64,000 nucleotides of DNA from Vicugna vicugna (Eukaryota). Location: the NCBI GenBank assembly GCA_013265495.1, contig MU057560.1, positions 1,314,753 through 1,378,752 on the forward strand, read 5' to 3'. The stretch's first letter is position 1. Each line of letters opens with the position of its first letter. Both the position numbers and the translations under genes were made by a program. The notes beneath the pieces were generated by a model that searched no databases, had not been told where the DNA came from, and saw only the letters and a program-made list of their open reading frames with translations. Below are positions 51,027-63,001 of the stretch, piece by piece.

Positions 51027-53450
51027 AAAAGGAAAGAAAAACTAATAGAAATATATTTTCAAAGACAAACAATGGAGTCTTGGAAACCTGTAGGATATTA
51101 GCAAAAGAGAAAATGTTTACATCACCAGAGTTCCAGGAGAGGGGACAGAGGGCAGCACAAAACAACTTTGTTGAAGAAATAATGACTGAAAATCTTCCAG
51201 ATTTGGTGAAAGATGAAAGCATACCAACGTTTGATGCTCATTGAATTCAAGCACCAAAATTAAAAGAAATCCAATCAATTACTTAAAACTGAAGTCAAAT
51301 AAAAAGAAAGAAAATGGATTCATTATTTGCCAGGAGGACAACAATTTTAGTGGTTGCAGATATCTCATCAGAAACTTTGAAAGGCAAAAATGAAATGAAA
51401 CAGTATGTTTAAAATGCTGAAAGAGAGGAACTATAAACCCAAAATTCTGTATCGACTAAAAATATCCTTCAGGAATTAATACGACATAAAGACATTCTTA
51501 ATAAGGAAACACTAAAAACAAAAAATCCATTGAGAGCAGATTATTCTAGAAGAATTACTAAAGGTGATTCCTGGCCCAGGGAAATGACTTGATTGGAACG
51601 TTAGGCCAGCAGGGATGAAGGAGGAGCAGCAAGCGTGGATCTGGAGAAACATAATACATCGTTCTTCCACTGCGCTCTTCAAACTGGCCATGGAGAGCAA
51701 ATGAAAATAACATTTTCTAACATGATTGCCAACGTACATAGATTAATATGTATGACACTTAAAAATATGCCATAGGTATTGCGTAGGGTAAAGGGACCTA
51801 TACGGTGGCGAGGTTCCTACACCGTATTTAAAGTGGCAAAATGTTGGTTATAAGTAGACTGTAAAAAGTATGTAAATCTATTGTCATTACAAGATAAAAC
51901 ACTGAAAATTATAAAGAGAAATAGTGAAAAATCACATCAGATAAATTAAAATGAAACTATATATAAAGTTAAAATAATGTAAAGTAGGAGGAGAAGAAAA
52001 AACAGAAATGTAAAATAGAAGGAAAAAAAACAGTAAGTATTTAAATGGTGGTCCTAAATCGAATGTATCAGCCATACATTGCAAGTAAGTCATCCACCAC
52101 AATAATGAAAAGATGGATTAAATAAAAACAGATTTTTAAAAAGTAATCAACTGCTTTCATCTACAAGAAACTCACTTCAAACATACCGATAAGCAAGGGT
52201 AAGAGGCAGCAGACAGACGAGGATCTACCATGCAAAAACAAAGCAGAAGAAATCTGGAGCGGCTGCATTAACAATGGGCAAAGCAGACGCAAAGATTTTA
52301 AATTATCGTGGATAAATCAGCACATTACACAATGATGAAGGGCCAATTATCCAAAAAGAAATAATAATGCAAAGTCTATTTGCACCTGGCCAAGGAACAA
52401 CAGAGTGCAAAGCTGCATGGAGAGGAACCAGTGATGTGGCTGTTTGCTGTGTGTGTGCATAGGTTTACTTGGAGAATTTAATACCCCTCTTTCAGGGAAC
52501 GAAGAAATAGGCAATCAGAGAATCAGCAGGGCTAGGGAAGAACTGAATGCCACTGTCCACCAACTGGATTTCATCAGCATTCACAGATCTCTGTTCAGAC
52601 CTGCAGCAGAGCACACACCTTTTTGCAAGAGCACACGAAACAGTCATCCAAAAGGATCCCGTTCATCATCGTAAACCTAGCGAAGCAAATTTCAAAGCAT
52701 TGAAGCCACACAGAGTATGTTTTGCTGACTTCCACTGAGTTAAAATACAGATCAACAATAGGAAAATAACCTAAGAAGTCAACAGACATTCAGAATCAAA
52801 CAACAGAATTCCACGGAATCAGGGAGTAGAAGGGGAGCTCTCGACGACACTTGCTAAAGCATTTTAAGCTGAACACCTGCATTTAAATGAAAACACAGCA
52901 GCGGAGTTTACGAGACGGAGCTGAAGCAGTGCTCAGAGGAAGTTTCAAAGCAATAAATGCTCACGTAAGAAGAGAAGAAAGGGCGCGAATCCATCGTCTG
53001 CGCTTCTACTGCAGAGAATTAGGAGGGACGGGGAAGCGTGATAAACCTAAATAATGCAGAAGAAAGAAAATAATGAATATCAAAGCAGGAAACAGTAAAG
53101 ACAATTGAGCCAAAAGCTGGTTCTTTGAAAAGACTAAAAAGAAATTGACAAACCTCTAGCAAGAGCGACTAAGAGAAGAGAAGCAAATTAGTAAACAAAT
53201 TATCAATGTAAGAACTTCTTTAAAATTACTACAGTGCACACTAAATGTATAAAACATTAACAGTATAATTTTAAAAGACTATGAAAATTTCTATGAAGGT
53301 TAATTGGACAACTTAGAAAAAAATGGATCAATTCCTCAAAAAACATAAATTGCCAAAACTTACCTAGTTATAATTAGAGAATCTGAATAATCTTGTAACT
53401 ACTAGATATATTTAATTGTAGTTAAATGTACCACTTCCTCCCACCTCCAA

Positions 53451-53520
53451 ATGCGTGCGCATGCATGTGCGCGCGTGCACACACACACACACACAGACAT
53501 ACACGCACACACAAACACAC
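53451..53520. repeat. Alternating purine-pyrimidine / (CA)n microsatellite
   Basis: Seen directly. Confidence 0.9.
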
Positions 53521-54579
53521 AATCTCTAGGCCCAGATGGTTTCACTGGTGAACCTTATCAAATATTTGAAGAAGAAATAACGCTAATTCTATACAATCTA
53601 TTCCAAAAGGTAAGAGGATCTGAAAGAATGCCCTGAAACGTTTGGTAATACCAGTGTCACTTATACAAAAGCCAAGACAGCACGAGAAAGGAAATCAGTA
53701 TCCCAAATGGACACACCTTCAACACAACATCAGCAAAACAGTTTCCGTAACATACGAAATGATCACCGTGAGCAACTGTGGTTTATCCTGAGAACTCAAA
53801 GTTACTGCAACTTTTTTAATCAACCATTGTATTTGACCATAAAAAGAATCTAAAGAAAGAAAAACACATGATCATATTCATTGATGCAGAATTATCATTT
53901 GACAAAGTCCAACATTAAATCATAAATAAATAGATATAGAATTGCTCTGCTTGTATCACTGAAACATTATAGTCCATTAGAAAAAAAAAAAGGACCAAAA
54001 TTCAGCACAGGAGGTGCTGAAATTGTCCTCACTCAGCGAGACAGTAGGTTCCAGTTAGAGGAGTCTCAGTCAGACCGATCAAGCCTTCCTCAAACCCGTC
54101 GTTCCCTTTCCTCCTGTGCGCTCGTCTGCCCCGCCTGAGGTGAGTCTTTCCCACTGACTCGGACAGTGCATTAGACCCTGCTTCTGAGTGTGTAGATGTT
54201 TGCCAAGTTCTTCTTCTTAGTGTGTATCTTGTGAACGCATTTGAAAAAGCAAAATGAAATTTGGTCCTTTGTCTAAAATTACCTATAATATTGATCAGGC
54301 TACGACCCTGGCCTGGTCTCAGAAGAAGGTAAGCACATTGCACGTACACAGACACCGGTGGGTACGCACGTGAGATACTGCAGAAGAAGCCGAGTCTTCT
54401 GCTAGCAGAAATTTAAATCCCCAGATCTCATTATGTTTACTTATTCTTTCAAAAAAACGAAGTCAGTTGACCCATTTTGTGCCAGGTTTTAAAATAAGGA
54501 CTAGAAGTACAAGGATGAAGAGTTCGCGCCTTCTGTTGCTCAACAAGTATTTATGGAGTTTTCGGGCATAGCGCCTTTA

Positions 54580-55070
54580 TCCTAAATTGGGGGAGGAGAC
54601 AGACGAAGTTGTAGCACAGAGCCGTGGGCCCCGAACAAGAGTAAACGTGCGCGTCGTGGGGGAGGGAGGAAAGCCCAGCGCGGCCAGTCCCGCGGCTCAG
54701 GCGCCTCGCGGAGGCGACGCCGTCTGTGCTGAGCAGCAGGGGGCGGTGGGCCCGGGAAGAGGGCCGGGCGGCGACTTCGGGAGGAGGCGGCGTGACGAAG
54801 CCTCGCGCACGAGCTCATGCAGCGGATCTGAAGACCGCGAACACATGCGGAGAGCGGCGCGTTTCGGGCGGAGGGTGGGGCGGGCCGGAGGGGGCAGAAT
54901 TAGCCGAACTGGAAGGTGGGGAGGCGCAGACCGCGGGACGAGCAGTTAGGGACGTAGGGACCAGCCACGGACACGCGGTCAGCGGCTGGGCGGCGGGACG
55001 GGTCTGCAAGCGCTGACGCTGCTGTTACCCACGGAGAGAGGAAACAGATGGCGGCGCCGAGAGCCTCCCC
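54580..55070. promoter_or_regulatory. CpG island / candidate promoter
   Basis: CpG-dense, with GC boxes near 54865-54887, a TGACG half-CRE near 55014 and a YY1-like AGATGGCGGC at 55046-55055. Confidence 0.7.
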
Positions 55071-55689
55071 TCAAAACACTCAGAGTCTCGAAGTCGAGGT
55101 GTTTTTCCTGTATCTGCCACTCATCGAATAGGTCCTTTGGACTGGAAACCAAAAACACATATTTTGTTTATATTTGTCATTAGAACTGCATGCCTATAAA
55201 CGCACAGCATTTGTTAATCTCAGGAATTTAAGATACACAAAGTGACCGGCTTCCCACAGGCACAGCAGAGCAGATGGCTAAGGTCGTTACGTAGAGACAA
55301 AGCATACCCGTCCTGTCTGTCCACCCCCCTCCACCCAGCCTCCAGGCACACCCACCTGAATGACCCGACGCAGCGAGGAGCGAGGAGCCCTGGCACGTGC
55401 CGGGCAAGGACGGAGCGTCTTGGGGGAGGCTGCACCTGGAGGCGCCGTTAGGCATCAGCTCACACGGTGTGGGTAAAGCACAGGCGTTCCAGCTGGGACC
55501 CTGTCACAGGCAGTCCCCGCTTCCTGCTGCTAGAAAATCAAGGAAAGGCAGAGGTCCTCTCACGTACACCACGCTTCTCTTGGAAACCTTTGGTGCAGTT
55601 GTGGCTTTTAACTCCTTGAAGTAGTTTTTTCTGTGACATCACGAGTCTGTCTTGGTTGGTCTCAGGTGGTGCGAGTCAACAGGTGAAAG

Positions 55690-56110
55690 TTTAAATCTCC
55701 TTTCTGCCGCCGTGGGCAAGTCCCCTTTCCCCCCTCTGCCCCCATAGGTCTTGATTCCTTATCTACACAAGACTAAGGCATGATCTGCTAATCCTCGCGA
55801 ATAGTGTAAATACCCTAATGAATTACGTATTGCAAAAAACACAACTTTGAAGTTAGAATCCCTGCCTAATTTGATATTGTGGCAACGTAACCCTTCACAC
55901 AAACCACTGTCCACATTATCCACACATTACTGTGCCTCTTTGCTACAAAAAGATGTTGACTCTCAAGGTGAAACCTGATTTCCCAGTTGTAAATATTTGT
56001 CCTCTGACCTTTTAATAGCTAGGGAAACTGAAGTTTAAAAGGATGAAGCGAGCTGTCCGCGGCGACCTGCCTGAGGAGTGATGGGTGTGAGAGCCCAGCC
56101 GTGTGTCCCA
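55690..56110. mobile_element. Two MIR fragments (about 55690-55830 plus, about 56010-56110 minus)
   Basis: 'gtgggcaagtcccctttcccccctctg' and 'agggaaactgaagtttaaaaggatgaagcgagctgtcc'. Confidence 0.5.
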
Positions 56111-56419
56111 GCTCCCCTCACAGACCACAATCCAAATTTTAGGCAAAGCACTGAATTAGATTTTTGAGATTCAATTTTATTGTTCACATGTTTGCAATAA
56201 TTTTGAAAGAATGCTGACTAAGTTTAATGATTCTCCTCCTTATTTTGCCAAGTTTACTTCTGTCCATAAATTTAAGTGGAAAAACCCTTCTTTCTATGAT
56301 TTATTAAAGATTGAGTAAGAGGCATAAAATATCAAGATTTAGCTTAATCTTTTATTCCTCCATTAAGTCAACAAACATTTATTGCCCACCTCCTATATGC
56401 AAAGAATATTAGTGTAGAC

Positions 56420-56607
56420 CAGTAGTTCTCAAAATTGCCCCCCCAGGAATATTTGGAAATTATGGAGATACGCTTTTTGTTAGAACTGAGGGAGGGGCGC
56501 TATTGACATTTAGCAGGTAGAGGCCAGGGATGCTGTTAAAATGCCACAAGGCACAGGATGCCCCCAAGGAAAGAGCAAGTCAACAGTACCAGTTTAAGAA
56601 AGCTCGG
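56420..56607 (+). mobile_element. MER20 hAT MITE
   Basis: 'cagtagttctcaa...ttgccccccaggaatatttgg...gtagaggccagggatgctgttaaa' matches the recalled MER20 consensus. Confidence 0.88.
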
Positions 56608-57554
56608 GAGGGCGGGGCCTCACCACCAGCCACGGAGAGATGTGCCTTTTCTCTACAAAAACCCAACATGGCTCTAGCTGGACTTTTCAAGCTAATTCTT
56701 CACCCATGACTCTACTTGTTACTTCTCAACATATTATATGACTCGGCAGCACTATGTAGAGAAAAGGGTTATAGGTTTTTCAGGAACTTTGGGTGGCAGA
56801 TGTGGGTCCCAAACAAATATTGTTGCCCTTGGTACCAAGAACTGTAAGCCGAAATTATCAGAGTCACTGGCATTGCACTGTACCTAATTCTGTCTCTGTG
56901 GGTACAGATCCAAAGATTAATTATATCCCAGCGCTATAAGGGGATTCTCCCTGATGCACATATGGAGGGAGTTATAAAGTATTTAAGTGGCTTGCCTGGA
57001 AAACCAGGGAAGAAATTTAAGTCTTAAAATTTAAAAATAAAATGCTCACATACAGTATACCCTAGCCTGCAACTGTAATGCCCGAAGCCAATCAATTAAT
57101 GCTTAGGAAAAAGATGACTATATGTTTAACTGATGTGCCATCTTTTGCTGTAATATTCATATAAATCCTAGATGTTGCTCTCCAAGGATTTTATCCAAGG
57201 GAGACAGGTGCCGTGCACGGAAGTGGTCCCATCTCTCCCTGCAAGTGTGGCCCTACAACCTCCCTGTGGCCGTTTGGACCTGGCTGAGCTCTCTCTCTTT
57301 CCTGCCGTAACAGTGGCTGCCCTGAGGGTTGTCATCAGATCCTGAGATGCCCGACCACCACGGCGCTGAACCCTGAACTCACAGCCATGGAGAACACAGG
57401 TCATCGTTTTGACCTATTATCCAAATCAACCTCATTCTACCATAAGAGTAGAGGGTTTGGACAGTTCCTTGCAGCAGACAGTATCTGTCTGTGATGATAT
57501 TAAAGGATTTATTGTCCAGAAAGGACTTTTTCAAGGCCTTACAGGATCTTCAGA

Positions 57555-58270
57555 TAGATGTCATATTTCACTTAAAATGTTTACAAGTACACATCACCCA
57601 AAGTGGTTAAAATGAACCATAATAATCACAATAAAAGTCAGAGTTGAAGAGGAGCAGCTGGACCTTCACACCCTGTGATACAACCATCTTAGAAAGCAAT
57701 TTGAAGTTACCTGCTTAAGTGTAAGGTACTTTCCTTCATGACCTGACACTTTAATTTCCAGGCGTATACACAAATGCATGCACACAGAGAAGCACTGTTA
57801 TGAATAACCCCAAACTGTGAACCAATCAGATGGGTGGATAAATAAATGGGAATAAATTCCAGTAATAGAATACTATGCAGCAATGAAAAGGGAAAGCTAA
57901 AAATACAAGCAAAATGTCATGCAGATGGATCACACAGACACTGTGTTAAGCAAAAGGACTCAGACACAAAAAGGAACTTCCTGATGATTTATTTTATAAA
58001 AAGTTACAAAAACACCAGCAAATGGAAACTACAGTCTTTGAGATATATGTAAAGTTTGTAAAATTATGAACAAAGGCAAGGGAAGGAATAGTCAGGTTAG
58101 TTGCCGCCTTGGGGGGATAGAGGAGGAGGTGACTGTATGACCATCTGAGGGTCTCTGGGGTGCTGGCCATGCTCCACTCCTCATCCACGCTGTGCATACA
58201 TTGGTGTCCACCCTGTCAAACCCACTGGGCTCTTACACGTTCTGGTGTGCTCTTCTGTGGGTGCTGGGAT
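57555..58270 (+). mobile_element. Old L1 (L1ME-type) 3' region
   Basis: 'atacaaccatcttagaaagcaattt', 'aatagaatactatgcagcaatgaaaa', 'actcagacacaaaa'. Confidence 0.7.
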
Positions 58271-58589
58271 AGCTTAAAATTTAAAGAACAAACAGTTTTG
58301 GGGGGAAAGCAGGAGTTTCTTTTTCTTCCTGATTTACAGCAGTTTCTTTAAGCAGAATTATGATTTTACTAGCACAAATAACAGTCTGTACATTCAAGGA
58401 TGCCTCCTGCTTTTGCAACAATGAAGCCTTTTTGCTTTGTGTTCCAGATCCATCAGGACATGTAGATTTCTCTTCCCCAGCTCTCTGGCCATCATCAGGG
58501 CAAGTCACAGGCCTTCAAGGAAGTGTCAGAGGGTTTAAGACAGAAAGGGGCTGTTCTCTTACCAAGACTGATGTCCCTGATGGTCCTAC

Positions 58590-58805
58590 ATTAAAAATAG
58601 GTTGAAAATGGGTCTGGAATTCAGGTCAGAGTGATGTGCCAATGCCGGGTCCTTGGCTTTGACTCGTGCACCGTGGTAACATAAGACATTAGCAACGGAA
58701 GATCCTGAGAGAGGAACACACAGGCGCTCTCTGTACTGTCTTCGCAACTTTTCTGTAAATTTAAAATTATCCCAAAATACAACGTTTAGTATTTTAATTA
58801 AAAAG
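58590..58805 (+). mobile_element. L1MC-type 3' end
   Basis: 'ctctctgtactgtcttcgcaacttttctgtaaatttaaaattat' is a typical L1MC terminus. Confidence 0.75.
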
Positions 58806-59659
58806 GTAGAAATTATCAAAGACAATGCATCATGCCTTCTCTCTCCCCGCCATGAGTTCTCAACAAAGAAGATGGAGAGTACTGGGGGAAATACTTTAAC
58901 CAATATTTCTTAAGTTCCCATAAAAGAGAGGAAACTCCAGGCCTCCTGGAGATAAAGACATGGGGCATTTACTTCCGATGTCTTTCTCCAGATGTGCCCC
59001 TCGCTCGTTCAGCAGGCAGGAGGGAGGTGGGACTGACTGGGCCAGCGGCGGGGGGGTGGGGGGCAGGAGGAAGCAGCTGCATGGGCGTGGCCCCAGCAGG
59101 TGTGGGTGTCACTGTCACCGTGTCTCCTCCCCGACACATGTGCTCCCCTGGACACGCCTGCCCTGCTGACCAGACCTGCAGTGTACTGACTCCAGCTGTG
59201 ACCGAGAGAGAAGCAGACTCGTAGGGGAAGAGAGGGCATTAAAACATGAGAAAAGTCCATTAGGCTTATATATAAACTGTGTCCTTCAATTCAGCTTAAA
59301 AAATAAAGTTAATATTTTGATCTCCATCTGCTTCGTGTCTATATTGACTCTTCCTTTGTGCACTTGTAGGTGAGTTTCGTTTTCCTGGGAAGGATTTGGT
59401 CTCAGTGCAGGGATCTTGTAAGGCTGTTTACCTGCTTCACTCGCTTCAGATTCCCTTGACCAATTCAAATTTTCCAAGATTTTGTCCAAGTTGAAAACCC
59501 AGACTGCCTATATCCTCATCCAGATTCAGATGTGAAACAAATAGGGAAAAAAAGATTTCCTGATGTTTGTGATATGATTTTGATAATGTAATTTGAATTA
59601 ATTTGCTTTCCAGCTTTGACGGACAGTTTTCCTGATTGGCTTTTATGACCAGTTGATAC

Positions 59660-59690
59660 GTAGACAGACAGACAGACAGACAGACAGACT
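59660..59690. repeat. (GACA)n tetranucleotide microsatellite
   Basis: Seen directly. Confidence 0.9.
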
Positions 59691-62644
59691 GATAGGTTAT
59701 ATACAGTATTTCCATTGCAAACACAGGATTTAAGAGAATTCAAAATTAAGGAAAACAAGATAATTTTATGATGAACTTTTGAAAAACTGTGTGTGTGTGT
59801 GTATTTGCTTGCAGATTTTCCAGTAATGCCATCACACTAAATAATGCTTTATATAAAGTCTTACATAAATATTAATACATACTATATTATTAATGCTCAT
59901 TAAGCATTTTCTCTTTAATTTTTTTAGCCAACCCATTCCCTGAAATTTCAGTGGAATGATTGTGAATTCATTTTGCTTTGTCAAAATTGAAACAGCATAT
60001 TAGAGACATTTTTCTTTGCCTGGCTGGCCATCGAAACGTTTTATGCACTTTTATTTGGTTACTTCTTAATGTTCTGTTTGCTGCTCCTGGACTTACCTGT
60101 AATCTCATCTGCCTTTTTGCTGCTTCCCCAAGTCCTGCCGGGGGAATTGTGTCTGAGGTGCTGTGCCTACAGAGGTGTCATTCTTACTTGCCATAGAATT
60201 CAGAATTCAGGGCTAAGTTTCTTTATCATCATCAAGGCTTGGGGCACAGATAGAATAGACTGGGAAACAGACATAAATAAATGGATGAATAGAAGAAAGA
60301 CAAATAGACTTAAAATCTCTGGGCTTCTTGTGCATCCTTGGTGATTCCTAACCTGTATTTCATTAATTTATTATGATTAACAAAACCCAAAATGTCTAAA
60401 CACTTATGTATAATGGAACAGAAGTGACATGTTTGACAAGCAGTGATTCATATGGTGAAAAAAAAATCTCCGTGTATTCATGGACCATACAAAGAGAGGT
60501 GTGGGACAGCAGGGACGGCTGCCTTGATTTGTCAGACTCAGCTTCTCACGCGTCTGTGGCTCAGGTGATACCAAAGTGACCGAAGCAGACATGCCACCGT
60601 GAAACCAGCCACAGGGAGCACACAGTTCCCCACGTGGGCGAGACTCAGCGAGTCCAGACACCACCGCAGTTCCAAACGAGGCATCCACTTTTCTGAAGAA
60701 GATGTCATCTCAATAATTAAGAGAGTTTTTAAATCCATGCTGCTGATTGTCAAGGACTCCTTCCTTCCTTTACGTTTGCTTCTTTCATTGCAGGTTAGCT
60801 GCACCTCACAGAGCTCCTCGAGGAACCGGAAGAGCTCTGTGGACGCCTGCTGTGACTCCAGGCATCCAGGCATCCGAGGTCCCAGCCCAGAGGGAGGCCT
60901 CCTACTCTGTGTTAAAACTGATGCCTGGATTGCCGAGCTGTGTCCCGATGCGAGGGGGACCTCTGACCCAATCACATAGCGGTGCTGTGACAACTGTCCT
61001 CATCACAAAAGAAAGTCAGTCTTCAGGGCGATTGACAGCGATGTCCCGCCTCCCATCTGCCCGGCGCCTCTTACAGGACATGTCGCCACCTGCTTCTCTG
61101 CTTTCACCTTCACGACCCCAGACGTCGTCCCCAGGCCCGCTCAGGATGGAGGCTTGCATTTCGCTGTGTTCTCATGGTCGCTGAGCCTCACACTCACGGC
61201 GTTTGACTTGTCTTGCCCGTTCAAATCTTGGCAAAGCACAATGCTCTGGGTGGGAATTGCCACTCCCAGCTGGCTGTGTTGAAGTGAAGCGCAAAGCCCC
61301 GTCACTGGAGAAGCACCAGGTCCAGCCAGCTCTCCTGAAAAAGCGTGCAGGGAACAGGAACAAGGTGGAAAGGTGGGTTGAATTCATGTATTTGGCAAAG
61401 CATTTATCCCTTAGAGCATTCTTTGCGGAACTGCCGAAGACATGCTTTTTCATAGCATCCTCATTTTTTTTTCAGTTTCCTCCTAATTGCCAACAATATT
61501 GATAATTTGGTAGGCACACTATTAAATACTCTGAACATAGTGGGATACAAAAAGAAACACCCTTATTTACCTCCAACCAGTGCCTTCAAACCGCTCTGTT
61601 CTACCTCCTTTCTCTGCAGCTTGGTGACATCCGGGGCATAATCATTTCATGTGAGCAGTATACTGACTTTCACGTATGAATGAGTCCTGTCCAGTCTAAA
61701 TCACACTTCACTCTCACCTCTAACTCAGTCTCCCTCCTATACGTACAGAGCCCCCCAGCCTGCCCCCAGGTCTAACCAGTGGCTCACACACCTGCATGGG
61801 CAGGGACACACGGGGCCTGTTCTCATCATCCGCCTCTTTCTTCCTCTTCGGGCTCGTTCCAGACTGAGTGGGGACGGAAACGCCAGCTGAAATTTTCTGT
61901 AGACCTGTTACCTCACCTGCTTCTGCTGCCACCGCTGTACCCCGGCTGACGTGGGTTTGCCATGACCCCCATTGTGGCAAGGGTTAGACTGTTGTCACCG
62001 TCCTTGCAGGTGGCTCCCTGACGTCATAAGCTGGTCCCCACAGTTCCTGCCTGGGGAACAACCCACAGACTGGCTCTCCCGTTTGTAGGCTGTCCTCTTG
62101 GTGGGGCGTCTTCAAGACAACTCAGATCTACCAAATTCCTGGCATCTACTTAGCCAAAAGGTGTGATACAGGTTGACTAACTCCTTGCCTGCCATCTCAG
62201 GCTCTTCCCAGATTCTTGTCTTCATAGAGAAAAAGCTGGTTCAATTACCTACTCAAATTCTAGGAGACACACGTCAAACTTTTCTAAGACTCTTCTCAGT
62301 GGGCTCCAGTCCTGGGCAGCATCGGTGAGACTTCTCAAGTTTCAAAGCTCAGCTAGCATCCAGCTGTGAGGACAGAAAATGCTTTCCCTTGTACTACAGG
62401 GTAGGTGCACCTGCCGCTTTTGCCGAATCATTGTCTGAAAGCACCCCCACCCCTGCCACCCCTCAAGTAACAGGATGCGCAAGAAGTCTTCTTTCCGGGG
62501 TGATAAGTCACTTCTGTGAACTCTCACCTCCCTGGGCGCTCCAGGGGTCTGGCGGTTTTTGCCGTGCTGTTGGAGAAGGACGCGGGTGCGGGCGGCAGGC
62601 AGGGCTAGACGGTTGTTTCTCAAATGTTCCGGAGGAGATTCCTT

Positions 62645-63001
62645 GATGGGCCTACAGATTATCGTACTAAGTGAAGTAAGTCAGAGACAGATATCATGTG
62701 ATATCACTTACATGTGGAATCAAAAAAATGATACAAATGAATTTACTCACACAAAACAGAAAGAGACTCACAGACATAGAAAACCAAGGGGAAACGGGTG
62801 GAGGGATAAACTAGGAGTTTGGGATTAGCAGGTACAAACTACTGTATATAAAATAGATTAACAGTAGGGTCCTACAGCACAGGAAACTACATTCAGTACC
62901 TTATAATAGCCTATAACGAAAAAGTATATATATATATAAACCACGCTGTACACTTGAAACTAACACAACATTGTAAATCAACTGTATTTCAATTAAAAAA
63001 A
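62645..63001 (+). mobile_element. L1 3' end (artiodactyl-type), 5'-truncated
   Basis: 'actaagtgaagtaagtcagagac...gagtttgggattagcagg...acacaacattgtaaatcaact...aattaaaaaaa'. Confidence 0.9.

Larger units (their letters stand above)
49100..53930 (+). mobile_element. Old L1 (L1M-type): 5' region, ORF1 and ORF2 N-terminal remnants
   Basis: 'aaggctttgaaaactgaac', 'gaagaaataatgactgaaaatcttccagattt', 'tctacaagaaactcacttcaa', 'ggcccagatggtttcactggtgaa' (GPDGFTGE). Left boundary uncertain. Confidence 0.85.

Noticed and set aside
55048..55100. ATGGCGGCG... as a coding first exon (MAAPRASPQNTQSLEVE)
   Set aside because: The following donor (gag|gtgttt) is weak, no downstream coding exon was found and the peptide is unrecognised; the motif is equally explained as a YY1-like site.
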